A stretch of 64,000 bases of DNA. Source: an uncultured Bdellovibrionales bacterium (GTDB lineage: Bacteria; Patescibacteriota; Minisyncoccia; Moranbacterales; UBA1568). Every line of letters begins with the position of its first letter. Position 1 is the first letter of the stretch. Below the pieces are notes generated by a model. The model had not been told where the DNA came from, did no database searches, and saw only the letters and a program-made list of their open reading frames with translations. A program made the position numbers and the translations under genes. Below are positions 38,601 to 48,410 of this stretch, piece after piece. The DNA is taken from the NCBI GenBank assembly GCA_964398485.1, contig CAYNMD010000002.1, positions 7,956 through 71,955 on the forward strand, given 5' to 3'.

Positions 38601-39866
38601 TTATGGCAAGAAACGTTTGAAAAGTTGCTGTGCTTTCTGGAAACCATCTTTCATCTGCTCAGGCATCGCATCAAAAATTTTGGCAGCATCACGGAGGCCC
38701 TTGTGCGCCTGTGTCCCCTCCTCCAAAGCAAGAAAGAGAAGACCGACCATCGTTGCAAAAGCTGGACCATCTACTTGATCAAGAATACCACCGAGTGGTT
38801 TGGGATAACCGATCTGAGCTGGGAGACGAAGTTTTTTCTTTGCAAGATCAACAAGTCCCGGAATGAGAGCTCCACCTCCCGTGAGAATAACCCCCGCTGG
38901 AAGAAGCGCTTCGCGATTGATGCTTTTGAGCTCGAGATTGACGTAGTGGAGAATTTCTTCCAGTCTCGCCTCAATCACCTCAGCAATATGATGGCGCGAC
39001 ACCGTGTCATTTTCTTGGGAATCAAAATCCGAGAGATCGATTTCTTCTTTTTTATTAACCTCACTCGGGACAGCGTGACCATACTCTCGTTTGATCGCTT
39101 CGGCAACATCGATCGAAGTCCGAAGGCCAATAGCAATATCATTGGTTACATGGACCCCGCCCATCGGAAGCACTGCGAGATGGAGGAGATCTCCATCTTC
39201 AAATACCGAGAGCGTTGTAGTACTAGCACCAAGATTGACCACCACCACTCCGAGCTCTTTTTGCTTGGGTGAAAGGACTGCCTCTGCTGAAGCCAAGGGT
39301 TCTGCTATAAAGTGATGCGAGCCAATCCCCGCCAATTCGAGACTTCTCGTGAGATTCTTAAGATGATTGCTTGCTGTACCAATAACAAGAGCAGACACTT
39401 CGAGTCTTACTCCTCGCAAACCTATCGGATCCTTGATATTGGATTCATCATCCAGACGATAAGACTGGGGTACTACGTGCAAAATTTCTTTATTCGGTGA
39501 AAGAACCGTTCGGGACTGTGTTTCTTCTACCAATCTTTCGAGATCCTCTTCGGTTACCTCACCATCTGACTTGCCTACTGCCACCACTCCCTGGGTAAGA
39601 AGTGAGAAAAGTTCTGTTCCTGACACCGAAGCCGTGACATGATCCGCTGGAACGCCCGCCATATGCTCAGCTGCCGAAAGGGCAATGTGCACTGTCTTGG
39701 CCACCTCTTCTGGCTGGACAACAATACCTCGACGTATCCCAACAGAAGGTGCTGTACCCACACCAATAACTCGAGGGATGCTTCCATCTCTCGGCACCTC
39801 AGCAATCACCGCTCGTACTGTAGCGGTGCCAATATCTAGTCCAACAATCGTATTTTTTTTCGACAT
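38601..39866 (-). CDS. ftsA: cell division protein FtsA
   Basis: IVGLDIGTATVRAV actin-like fold. Start trimmed to MSKKNTIVGLDIGT at 39866. Confidence 0.85.
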   Translation of the reverse strand: MSKKNTIVGLDIGTATVRAVIAEVPRDGSIPRVIGVGTAPSVGIRRGIVVQPEEVAKTVHIALSAAEHMAGVPADHVTASVSGTELFSLLTQGVVAVGKSDGEVTEEDLERLVEETQSRTVLSPNKEILHVVPQSYRLDDESNIKDPIGLRGVRLEVSALVIGTASNHLKNLTRSLELAGIGSHHFIAEPLASAEAVLSPKQKELGVVVVNLGASTTTLSVFEDGDLLHLAVLPMGGVHVTNDIAIGLRTSIDVAEAIKREYGHAVPSEVNKKEEIDLSDFDSQENDTVSRHHIAEVIEARLEEILHYVNLELKSINREALLPAGVILTGGGALIPGLVDLAKKKLRLPAQIGYPKPLGGILDQVDGPAFATMVGLLFLALEEGTQAHKGLRDAAKIFDAMPEQMKDGFQKAQQLFKRFLP

Positions 39867-40004
39867 ACAAAGAAAACTCTTCCCCAACTTACGCAGCAAT
39901 GAGTGCGAGGGGTGCATGCGCATTATTATACCACTACACAAGGCGATCGGTGTAGTGTTCTCAAAAAAGAAGAACTCTCTCACTATTCATCCAACCCTCC
40001 GCCT

Positions 40005-40382
40005 CTATGAATACAGCCAAATTGCTTTCCAAATATACGGCCAGAAAATATACATGCCTACAGCGAGAGCAGAGAGCGAACCGAGAAGCACTGATCCTGC
40101 GACAACATCCTTCACTACTTTGACGTACGGATGCACACGAGGCTTGAGGAGATCTAAAAGTCTTTCGAAAGCCGTATTGATAAGTTCGAGTGAAAGAATA
40201 AATCCCACCAGGAGAAAAATAACCGCCTGTTCTACCGATGACAACGGTAAAAAGAAAGCCAGTCCAAGCGCAGCAATAGCCAAAACGATTTCAATCTGAA
40301 AGTTACGTTCCTCCCGGAAAGCATAACGGATACCAGCGAGAGCATGCCGCAAGCTACGAGCAAAAGTCTTGAGAAACATCAT
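40005..40382 (-). CDS. dgkA: diacylglycerol/undecaprenol kinase family (DgkA)
   Basis: 125 aa, 3 TM, ...NTAFERLLD...VKD..AG DgkA motifs. Confidence 0.7.
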   Translation of the reverse strand: MMFLKTFARSLRHALAGIRYAFREERNFQIEIVLAIAALGLAFFLPLSSVEQAVIFLLVGFILSLELINTAFERLLDLLKPRVHPYVKVVKDVVAGSVLLGSLSALAVGMYIFWPYIWKAIWLYS

Positions 40383-40470
40383 ACGATTTTTATATTTCCT
40401 AGTGAGTACACAAGAGAAAGTCTTCTTTCTTTTTGGACGAACGACGGAATTCCAAGCGCTGTGATGACGC

Positions 40471-40938
40471 TTATTTTTTTTCTAATGGGGCGAACTGATC
40501 AGTAATTCTATCCTGAAGAGTAAACATCTCTTCTTCATGGTCAAAACCCAAGAGATGAAGCACACCATGAGAAAAAACATACATAAATTCCCTCTCCCAT
40601 GATACACCATCTTCTTTGGCAGAACGATCAATAAACGGGTGAGAGAGAACAAGCGTACCAAGATCGAGAGTTGCCGATTGAGCAAGTTTGACACTCTGTC
40701 TACTCTCAAAATCACCAAAGGAGAGCACATCTGTTGGTTTGTCCTTACCCCGATAGGTTCGATTCAGTTCTTGAATCTCGCGATCATCTACAATCGCCAC
40801 TTCCAGCCGAACCCCCTTACCTTTTCTTTGGAAAACTGTTGGAAAGGCCGCGAGACAAGTAGCTTTCACCACCTCTCGCAAGATATCTTCGCTGAGACGA
40901 GGAGGGAGTGCCGAGGCTAGCGACAAAATAACCCGCAT
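40471..40938 (-). CDS. ybeY: rRNA maturation RNase YbeY
   Basis: HGVLHLLGFDHEEE metal-binding motif; 155 aa. Confidence 0.85.
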   Translation of the reverse strand: MRVILSLASALPPRLSEDILREVVKATCLAAFPTVFQRKGKGVRLEVAIVDDREIQELNRTYRGKDKPTDVLSFGDFESRQSVKLAQSATLDLGTLVLSHPFIDRSAKEDGVSWEREFMYVFSHGVLHLLGFDHEEEMFTLQDRITDQFAPLEKK

Positions 40939-40940
40939 AT

Positions 40941-41399
40941 CTACTGAGCCGCAAGACGTTTGGCCACTACCTCGCGAACAAGATTGCCATCTGCTTGACC
41001 GGCGCTCTCTTTCATTACCGCTCCCATAATCTTGCCCATATCTTTGGCAGTTACTGTTCCAAGATCACTCAGGATACGGTCGACCATCGCTTCGGTCGCT
41101 TCCTGTGATAAGGTAGTCGGGAGATAGGGAGAAAGGAAAGCGAGCTCGGACTCTTCTTTGGCGACGAGATCAGCTCGGCCACCAGCTTTATATTGTTCAA
41201 TACTATCCTTGCGCTGCTTCACCAATCGCTTTACTACTTCCTGTACTTCAGCATCAGTAAACTCAGCTACCGGTTTTCGTTTTTCAATAGCCACATTTTT
41301 GAGAGCGCTCTGAAGAAACCGAAGGGTATCACGCTTTTCGGTAGCGCCAGTTTTCATGGCATCTTTAAGCTCTTCGTTGATATCAGTGATAAGCGACAT
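40941..41399 (-). CDS. yqeY: GatB/YqeY domain protein
   Basis: MSLITDINEELKDAMKTG...RDTLRFLQSALKN YqeY signature. Confidence 0.75.
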   Translation of the reverse strand: MSLITDINEELKDAMKTGATEKRDTLRFLQSALKNVAIEKRKPVAEFTDAEVQEVVKRLVKQRKDSIEQYKAGGRADLVAKEESELAFLSPYLPTTLSQEATEAMVDRILSDLGTVTAKDMGKIMGAVMKESAGQADGNLVREVVAKRLAAQ

Positions 41400-41485
41400 A
41401 GAAAAATATTGAATGATGACCTTGCTTTATGGTTGCATGATGTAGCAAAAAAGCCAATCAGGCAACCATTGGGCTAAGCAGCCAT

Positions 41486-41734
41486 TTAGATACGCTTCTT
41501 GATGTCGCGGAGAGCATCTTCGTCAAATTTCCCAAGCTTCTTGAGCTTATCAATTTCTTTTCTGATTTTGACTTTGTAGAGAGCCTCATCCCGGCGAGCC
41601 GACTTACTCTTCTCGAGTGTTCGGTAGCGCAGTTTTCTTACCTGACGCAAGACACCGCTCTGCTGGACACGACGCGAAAACCGCCGAATGAGACTTTCGG
41701 TCGTTTCCTTCTCTTTCCGTTTGATGTGAATCAT
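41486..41734 (-). CDS. rpsU: 30S ribosomal protein S21 (with Lys-rich C-terminal tail)
   Basis: MIHIKRKEKETTESLIRRFSRRVQQSGVL...RYRTLEKSKSARR matches the S21 pattern (IKVREnEsfe.AlRRFkR.cek.Gvl..vr.R..yEKpS..RkR). Confidence 0.8.
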   Translation of the reverse strand: MIHIKRKEKETTESLIRRFSRRVQQSGVLRQVRKLRYRTLEKSKSARRDEALYKVKIRKEIDKLKKLGKFDEDALRDIKKRI

Positions 41735-41755
41735 AGAGACCTCCTTTCTGTAGTA

Positions 41756-42079
41756 CTAACCACCCATGAGATGGAGGTGGAGATGAGGAACTTCCTGCCC
41801 CCCTCCTTCGCCTACATGGATAACCAGCTTATACCCTTTTTCCGAAATTTTCAAGTCCCGAGCGATATCTCGTGCAACCCGGAACATCTTCCCTACGATA
41901 AGTTCGTCCCCGTCCGCCATCTCAGCAATCGAAACGATACAACGCTTGGGGACAATCAACAGGTGTACTGGGGCCTTGGGATGAATATCATCAAAGGCCA
42001 TAATCTCCTCATCCTCATAGCGAAAAGTTGCCGGAATCTCTCGATCACGAATTCTCTCAAACACTGTTTTCATACACAA
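41756..42079 (-). CDS. HIT-family (histidine triad) nucleotide hydrolase
   Basis: VPHLHLHLMGG histidine triad; 107 aa. Confidence 0.8.
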   Translation of the reverse strand: MCMKTVFERIRDREIPATFRYEDEEIMAFDDIHPKAPVHLLIVPKRCIVSIAEMADGDELIVGKMFRVARDIARDLKISEKGYKLVIHVGEGGGQEVPHLHLHLMGG

Positions 42080-42082
42080 ATT

Positions 42083-42481
42083 TTATACCTCAGATTCCAA
42101 TTTTTGAAGTTTCGCTTTAGCAACAGCAAGTCGCAAGATGTCTGGATTTTTTTGTGAGTCCCGCCTTAAACCTGCACGATACACCTCTTTGTCCCATTCA
42201 TTCTCAGGAACCAGACCAGTTAATTCACGGGCCATTTCTGTTTGCTGTCCTTCCAAAGATAAGGCATCGAAGCGAGCAAGAGGACCTGTCCACGTACGAA
42301 TTTGCTCCTCCAACCGACCAATTTCTCCTTTCAACTTTTCTATCTGCTCTTCTCGTGTACCGATATCAATTGATTGCTGTTGCTGGAGAGCATCAATAAT
42401 CTTCTGGCCTCGCTCGTCCAATGACTTCTTTGAGGCAGTAGTTACAGCTCGCAGACTATTGAGATCAAATCGCTCACTCAT
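42083..42481 (-). CDS. hypothetical coiled-coil protein
   Basis: 132 aa, heptad-rich (EEQIEKLKGEIGRLEEQIR), no recognisable motif. Tightly packed between HIT and hisS. Confidence 0.4.
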   Translation of the reverse strand: MSERFDLNSLRAVTTASKKSLDERGQKIIDALQQQQSIDIGTREEQIEKLKGEIGRLEEQIRTWTGPLARFDALSLEGQQTEMARELTGLVPENEWDKEVYRAGLRRDSQKNPDILRLAVAKAKLQKLESEV

Positions 42482-42499
42482 ACCTTCTTTGCCGATTTC

Positions 42500-43993
42500 T
42501 TACTCCTTTTCTTTCTCCTTCCCCTTCTCTTTCCCTTCTTCCTCATCTTCATCATCATCTTCGAGCTTGGGAAGTGGAAGTCCATTGGGACCCATCAGTG
42601 CCTGATTCGCCTTGAGCAGTTTCTTCACTGCGTCGGTCAGTTTTTCTTGGACCACTGTTTCCTGAGTACCCGAAACCATATCCTTGACGATCGCCGTACC
42701 ATCAAGTACTTCTTTCTGACCAAGAATAATCGTGATCTCTACCCCTAGCCGATTGGCCACGCGGAGCTGACTCTTGAGTGTACCGCGACCAAAAGATTCA
42801 GCCACTAGGACGCCATTCTTCTCAAGATCAGAGAAGAGACGGAGACTTTTCTTCTTGGCCATAGCACCAAGCTGTGCCAGAAAGACACGTGGTTTTGGTT
42901 CAGTGTATGGCTTTACCTGAGTACGCTTCATTTCGAGAACGATGCGATCGATACCAAGCGCAAAGCCAATAGCTGGAGTAGGTTCACCGCCCAAAGATTC
43001 TACCAATCGATCATAACGACCACCACCACCGAGTGAATAGTCTTTGCCATTTTCGTCAGTGGAGCGGATCTCAAATACTGTTCGAGTATAATAGTCGAGA
43101 CCACGCACCAGCCGCGTATTGATAGAGTACGGCAGCTCGAGTTCATCAAGATACTCTAAGAGATGCTTGAAATGGTCACGTGATTCCTGATCAAGATAAT
43201 CAAGTGGCTGCGGTGCATGAGACATCACCTGGATGGTTTTCTCATCCTTGGAATCCAAAAGCCGCAAAGGATTGGTAGTGATACGTTCTCGATCCTCCTG
43301 ACTGAGTCTATGCTTCTGTGACTCGAGATAACGGACCAGGACCTTCTCGTACTCACGACGTGACTCTGGCGTACCGATAGAGTTCACCTGGAACTCGATA
43401 TTCTTGAGTCCCAATTCTTTGACTACTCGGTAAGCGAGCTGAATAACCTGAGCATCGAGAATCGGGTCCTCTTCACCAAACACATCAAAGTTCGCTTGGG
43501 TATGTTCCCGATAACGACCTTCTTGGGGCCTGTCATAACGGAACAGTGATCCATAAGAGAAGAGCTTGATTGGTTTGGGGAGAACTCCCATTCCATGCTC
43601 GATATAGGCTCGACAAAGACCAGCAGTCATTTCTGGACGGAGTGCCACCTTGTCCCCGCCTCTTGTGTGGAAGAGATACATCTCTTTGTCGATAATATCA
43701 GTCCCCTCACCGATAGAACGGAGATAGAGGTGGGCATATTCCACCATCGGAAGATCAATGCGCCTATATCCATACTCATGCTGAGCATGTGACAGCACTC
43801 GTCGTACCCGCTCCCAGTATGGCTGCTCATCCGGAAGAATATCTCTCATTCCCCGGAGAGCCTGGAGGAGCATCTCCTCTTCAACCGGCGCTGGGGTACT
43901 GACTTTTTTTACCAATGCCTTCTTCGTCACTTTCTTTTCTTTCGTCTTTTTGTCAGTCACTTTCTTGACTGTCTTCTTAGCTGCTTTCGGCAT
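42500..43993 (-). CDS. hisS: histidyl-tRNA synthetase with Lys-rich N-terminal and acidic C-terminal extensions
   Basis: Class II aaRS motifs (LRGMRDILP..., FHTRGGDKVALRPE..., YYTRTVFE, GGGRYD) plus anticodon-binding domain. N-terminal KKTVKKVTDKKTKEKKVTKK; C-terminal DDDEDEEEGKEKGKEKEKE. Confidence 0.9.
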   Translation of the reverse strand: MPKAAKKTVKKVTDKKTKEKKVTKKALVKKVSTPAPVEEEMLLQALRGMRDILPDEQPYWERVRRVLSHAQHEYGYRRIDLPMVEYAHLYLRSIGEGTDIIDKEMYLFHTRGGDKVALRPEMTAGLCRAYIEHGMGVLPKPIKLFSYGSLFRYDRPQEGRYREHTQANFDVFGEEDPILDAQVIQLAYRVVKELGLKNIEFQVNSIGTPESRREYEKVLVRYLESQKHRLSQEDRERITTNPLRLLDSKDEKTIQVMSHAPQPLDYLDQESRDHFKHLLEYLDELELPYSINTRLVRGLDYYTRTVFEIRSTDENGKDYSLGGGGRYDRLVESLGGEPTPAIGFALGIDRIVLEMKRTQVKPYTEPKPRVFLAQLGAMAKKKSLRLFSDLEKNGVLVAESFGRGTLKSQLRVANRLGVEITIILGQKEVLDGTAIVKDMVSGTQETVVQEKLTDAVKKLLKANQALMGPNGLPLPKLEDDDEDEEEGKEKGKEKEKE

Positions 43994-44032
43994 AGACGTA
44001 AAGTTTACTGCTAGATAATTACAAAATTATTC

Positions 44033-44674
44033 TTAGTAGAGAGAAGCCCTGCTCACCGGCCAAGCCCTGAGGAGCACTCGCCCAATGAGATCCTTGCGAT
44101 GAATCGGTCCAAAAGCTCGAGAGTCATAGCTAAAGGATCGATTGTCCCCCATAACAAAGTACTCATCCTCATCAAGAGTAATCTTGGTCATATCGCTCGT
44201 CTTCACATTTTTAGCAAGGTAGGCACTTTCATCCAAAGCATATCCCTGATGGTGTACCTCATTGAAAATATAGACAATGCCATCTTTGATGGCGACTGAT
44301 TCACCCGGAAGAGCGATGACTCGTTTGATATAGTACTGCTCCGGATTTTTTGGATAACGAAATACCACCACATCCTGACGGTCGAGATCACGAAACTGTT
44401 CTACCGTGCCAACACCTGGAATTTCGGTATGCTTGTACCCAAACTCATTGATGATAAGATACTCTCCATCTTCAAAATTTGGTTCCATAGAAGCTCCCTG
44501 CACAAAAAACGGTTGGAACAGGAAGACCCGAATAGGTATAATGATAACGATAGCCAAAGCTATCACTTTTACCATCTCAAAAAAGAGTGCTGAAAGTGAG
44601 AGGTATTCCTCATTTTCTGGGCCAGTAACAATAGGCACTGGTTCTTTGCTTTCAACCATAGAAGGCTTTGGCAA
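44033..44674 (-). CDS. lepB: signal peptidase I (S26)
   Basis: TM anchor then VQGASMEPNFEDGEY (catalytic Ser box) and ...YFVMGDNR... (GDNR box). Confidence 0.85.
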   Translation of the reverse strand: MPKPSMVESKEPVPIVTGPENEEYLSLSALFFEMVKVIALAIVIIIPIRVFLFQPFFVQGASMEPNFEDGEYLIINEFGYKHTEIPGVGTVEQFRDLDRQDVVVFRYPKNPEQYYIKRVIALPGESVAIKDGIVYIFNEVHHQGYALDESAYLAKNVKTSDMTKITLDEDEYFVMGDNRSFSYDSRAFGPIHRKDLIGRVLLRAWPVSRASLY

Positions 44675-44765
44675 TCAAAAGATAAATCCCCCCCAGGATA
44701 CCACGAAAAATATCCGAAATCAAGAGTAAGTTTTCCCCTCAAACAAGCCATTTTTAGCAAAAATC

Positions 44766-46241
44766 ATGCATCCAGAGCCACGTCGCTTCTCTCTTGGGAC
44801 ATCTAACCTCACTGAAGCATCAAACCCTTCCTCAAAACGCCCTTTCCTGCGATGGCTTTTGTTGGGGATCAGTTTTTTCTTCATGGCTGCGTTGGGCGTA
44901 GCCGTTATCTTTGGGGTTCGTTTCACTCAGGCGCTCCAATTTGAAAATACTCCTATCTCATTTTTTGAAGGCATTCGTCTTATCGGAAGCAGTGTCTTCG
45001 CTCATCCAGAAGAAGTAAAAGGATATCGAGATGGACGCATCAACATCCTTCTCATGGGCCGAGCTGGGAAACGCTATCCAGGCAAGAATCTCACCGATAC
45101 GGTCATGGTACTATCGCTCGAAACCCAGTCAAAGAAGGCAGCCCTCCTTTCTCTCCCTCGTGACCTCTTAGCTCCAATCCCCGAAACGAATAACTCCGTC
45201 AAAATTAACACCCTCTATCAATACGGCCTTCTAAGTGGCGATGGTGCTGAACTCATCAAAAAAAGCGTTGGCACCATCACCGGGTTACCAATTCACTACT
45301 TCGCCACTATCGATTTCGATGGTTTCGAAAAAGTTATAGATACCCTCGGTGGTATCCACATCGAAGTACTCCGTGACATACGCGATACGAGATATCCTGG
45401 ACCCAACTATAGCTATGAAACCTTTGAACTGAGGAAGGGCTGGCAGACACTCGATGGAAAAACAGCGCTCAAATATGCTCGTATGCGCCATGATGATCCA
45501 GAAGGTGACTTCGGAAGAGCCAAAAGACAACAGCAAATTCTTCAGGCTGTTCGTGAAAAAACTCTCTCTCTTCCTACTATTCTCAATCCAGTTATCCTCA
45601 CCGGCCTCCTCGAAGATCTTGGGGAAAGCGTTGATACTGACATTACTCCAGAAGCGGCCAGGTCACTGCTTCCGCTTGTCGAAAAAATTGATGCCAAGAC
45701 CGTCACAACCGTCGTTGTCGATGCTTGGAAAAAAGAGAGTCTCCTCCGAGTAGTCCATATCGACACCCCTACTGGCCGTGCCTTTGCTCTCTCACCAAGA
45801 AGCGGTACCTGGCAAGAGATACAATCACTCGCCAAGAATATCTTTGAGAGTGAGCTCATGAACAAGCGTCGTGATGAAATCATACGTGAGGCAGTCTCAA
45901 TCCTCGTTGTCGTCCCGCCTGAACAAGCCTCTACGGGTCAAGACCTCGTTCAAGACATCAATGACACATTCCCTATCAAAAAAATCCAATTAAAAACATG
46001 GCCTGGGCTCGGGGCAGCAACCGAAGACATGCTCATTGGCTCAACACAAACCAGCATCTACACTATCGATAGCCTCATCGGACGCTACGATTTGAAATTC
46101 ACAGAAACATCGCCGACAAATCTCCCGGCTCATTTCCCCACGGCCGACCTCGTGATACTGTATACACAGAAGGATATCCCTGGGCTCATTCATGAAATCC
46201 CACCCGAAGAATTAGGAGATTTTGCTGAGCCAGAGTTCTAA
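44766..46241 (+). CDS. LytR-CpsA-Psr (LCP) family cell-envelope phosphotransferase
   Basis: N-terminal TM, then INILLMGRAG...DTVMVLSL...LSLPRDL LCP-domain signature; 491 aa. Confidence 0.75.
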   Translation: MHPEPRRFSLGTSNLTEASNPSSKRPFLRWLLLGISFFFMAALGVAVIFGVRFTQALQFENTPISFFEGIRLIGSSVFAHPEEVKGYRDGRINILLMGRAGKRYPGKNLTDTVMVLSLETQSKKAALLSLPRDLLAPIPETNNSVKINTLYQYGLLSGDGAELIKKSVGTITGLPIHYFATIDFDGFEKVIDTLGGIHIEVLRDIRDTRYPGPNYSYETFELRKGWQTLDGKTALKYARMRHDDPEGDFGRAKRQQQILQAVREKTLSLPTILNPVILTGLLEDLGESVDTDITPEAARSLLPLVEKIDAKTVTTVVVDAWKKESLLRVVHIDTPTGRAFALSPRSGTWQEIQSLAKNIFESELMNKRRDEIIREAVSILVVVPPEQASTGQDLVQDINDTFPIKKIQLKTWPGLGAATEDMLIGSTQTSIYTIDSLIGRYDLKFTETSPTNLPAHFPTADLVILYTQKDIPGLIHEIPPEELGDFAEPEF

Positions 46242-46312
46242 TGTACTCCCCTATGTCACTCCTGTCTCGACTATTCCAGTCAACCAAATCATCAACTCCT
46301 GTTTCCTCTGAG

Positions 46313-46861
46313 ATGAATACTGTTTTTGTTATTGGACTTGGCAACCCTGGGAAAAAATACGCCCATACCAGACACAATTTCGGCTGGCTCACACTCGATG
46401 CGCTGCACATGGAGTGGCAAGCCAGTGAATGGCATCAAGAAAAAAAATTCCAAGTAGAAGTAAGTGAGGCTCTTTTGCAAGGAAGAAAGATTCTCCTCGT
46501 TAAACCCCAAACGTTCATGAATAATTCCGGCGAGTGCGTCCGGGCCATTCTCGGTTTTCACAAAGCACTCCCCAAAGATATCATCGTGCTCCATGATGAA
46601 GTTGACATTCCTTTTGGGAAAATAAAAACTACGGTTTCTTCTCGAGCGGCCGGCCACAATGGTGTCAAAGATATCATCGACAAACTCGGTACCCAAGACT
46701 TCTGTCGCCTTCGCCTCGGAGTAGGTAAATCAGCCAATCCGCATATCTCCACCGCTGACCATGTTCTCCAGAATTTTTCACCCGAAGAGGAAAAAGAGCT
46801 CCCTCACCTCTTTGAACAAATTGAGTCACTCCTCAAAGAGGTCCTGAATCGTTCAGAGTAG
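46313..46861 (+). CDS. pth: peptidyl-tRNA hydrolase
   Basis: MNTVFVIGLGNPGKKYAHTRHNFGW canonical Pth N-terminus. Start trimmed from the longer track ORF at 46241. Confidence 0.85.
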   Translation: MNTVFVIGLGNPGKKYAHTRHNFGWLTLDALHMEWQASEWHQEKKFQVEVSEALLQGRKILLVKPQTFMNNSGECVRAILGFHKALPKDIIVLHDEVDIPFGKIKTTVSSRAAGHNGVKDIIDKLGTQDFCRLRLGVGKSANPHISTADHVLQNFSPEEEKELPHLFEQIESLLKEVLNRSE

Positions 46862-47036
46862 AGTTGTATAAAAAATGATTGAGCCCCGTTTCCTTTCGGA
46901 TTCGGGGCCCGTGCTTCATGCGGCGTTGCCGCGGAAGCAATTGATGACCTACTGGGTCAGCCGGCGGTGGCTCCCGCCTCGGCCGGTGACACATTGGTCA
47001 GGTTCACATCAGGCTCGTTGTGGCAGACACAGCCAT
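46862..47036. ncRNA. candidate structured small RNA (family unassigned) in the pth/rplY convergent spacer
   Basis: About 60% GC against about 47% background, with no ORF. Nested GC-rich helices include GUCA(G)CCGGC...GCCGGUGAC enclosing GGUGG-CUC-CCGCC, and a GCGGAAGC GNRA-type tip. Strand is undetermined. Confidence 0.3.
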
Positions 47037-47063
47037 ACAAAAAAGACCCCGGATTTCGGGGTC
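47037..47063 (-). terminator. Rho-independent terminator after rplY
   Basis: Minus strand: AGACCCCG-AAAUC-CGGGGUCU followed by UUUUUU. Confidence 0.6.
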
Positions 47064-47086
47064 TCTTTGAGACGTTTTGAGGAAGA

Positions 47087-47761
47087 TTATTTCTTCTCTT
47101 CTTTCTTCTCCCCTTCAGCAACTGGGGTTTCCTTCACTACACCCTCTACCTTGGTCACATCCATCTCTACCTTCTCGTTGAGAGCCTCCATTTCAGCTTC
47201 GGTACGAGGAGCAGCGACGGTAGCGACAATAGTTTCAGCATCATCAAGAAGCTCGACTCCCTGAGGAAGGACAATATCTCCCACCTTGATAGCATCATCA
47301 AACGTCGCGAGCTTTGAAAGATCTACCTGAAGAGCATGTGGGAGATCGCTTGGCAAACATTTGATCTTCACCTCTTCAAGAGAGCGGATCAACACTCCAG
47401 AAAGAGCCTTGACTGCTGCTGACTCACCCACAAACTCAAGTGGTACATCCGTTTCAATTTCTTCTTTCATGTTCACCTGATAGAAATCGACGTGAAGAAA
47501 ACGACCAGAGAGCGGGTGAGTAGCTACATCCTGGATAAGAACGTTCACTGGTTTCTTGCCCTCTAGGGAAAGCTCGATCAGGGTACTCTCACCAGCTGTC
47601 TTTAGTGCTCGGGAAAAATCCAAATAGTTCACTGAGAGGGTTACTGGTTCTACATCATGACCGTAGAGTACAGCGGGAATAAGATCATTCTGACGAAGCG
47701 CTTCGAGAGCCTTGCCAGTTTCAGTACGTGCAGTCACGTTGAGTTTCAAAGCAGTGGTCAT
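47087..47761 (-). CDS. rplY: 50S ribosomal protein L25 / general stress protein Ctc
   Basis: MTTALKLNVTARTETGKALEALRQNDLIPAVLYG canonical L25 N-domain plus Ctc C-domain; Glu/Lys-rich tail. Confidence 0.85.
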   Translation of the reverse strand: MTTALKLNVTARTETGKALEALRQNDLIPAVLYGHDVEPVTLSVNYLDFSRALKTAGESTLIELSLEGKKPVNVLIQDVATHPLSGRFLHVDFYQVNMKEEIETDVPLEFVGESAAVKALSGVLIRSLEEVKIKCLPSDLPHALQVDLSKLATFDDAIKVGDIVLPQGVELLDDAETIVATVAAPRTEAEMEALNEKVEMDVTKVEGVVKETPVAEGEKKEEKK

Positions 47762-47816
47762 AAATAAATACTTGAGTTACCAGAAATTATATTGAATAAA
47801 CAGTGACTTGGTTATC

Positions 47817-48152
47817 TTACATGGATTCTATAAGGGTTTCTACTGCCCCATTTCCCTCCTTGAGTTTCTGATGCACTACCAGTACATCATCTCGAGAAAG
47901 TGGTTCTGCTTTGAAAAACTGCTTCGCTTCACTCTGTTCCAAATCTGTCAGCACTCCCATGGAAACGGCCCCTACGGGAGAGAGAGACACATACACCAGA
48001 CTCGAAGCATGACAAGATTCACACGTAATATGGAGCGTCGAGCGCTTCTCTTCTTGACCAAGAAGCAGCATTTTGGCTGGTCGATACTCTTTATTACAAA
48101 CCGGGCAATGAATGAGTGACTTCAAATTGTCGAGGAGGGGCTTCATGAGCAA
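47817..48152 (-). CDS. hypothetical Zn-ribbon protein
   Basis: 111 aa; CPVC...(21 aa)...CESC four-Cys ribbon near the N-terminus. Sits 55 nt upstream of rplY. Confidence 0.4.
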   Translation of the reverse strand: MLMKPLLDNLKSLIHCPVCNKEYRPAKMLLLGQEEKRSTLHITCESCHASSLVYVSLSPVGAVSMGVLTDLEQSEAKQFFKAEPLSRDDVLVVHQKLKEGNGAVETLIESM

Positions 48153-48410
48153 GATTTGTACAAGGACAGTCTACCAAAAGCTCCCAAGAAAAGGAATTTT
48201 TGAGTAGCACCAGTGTAACAAGAAATACGACTTCCGTCAATAAATAATAGGAAGCTCCTTCTCTAGACTACCCCACCCAGATTCAGTATCAACTAGATAC
48301 CTGGCACCACCCCAGATATACTGCGTAATAAAAAACGATGCCACCCTCGGAAGTTCTCCAAGTGCGGCATAAGTGCTATCACTATTTCCTCGACCGTCTA
48401 TAGGTCAGTC

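Noticed and set aside
46862-47036. SRP (4.5S) RNA call for the pth/rplY spacer element
   Set aside because: GGUCAGGU-like and GGAAGCA-like stretches exist but are about 65 nt apart rather than forming the contiguous domain IV hairpin (GUCAGGUCCGGAAGGAAGCAGC). It is kept only as an unassigned candidate RNA.
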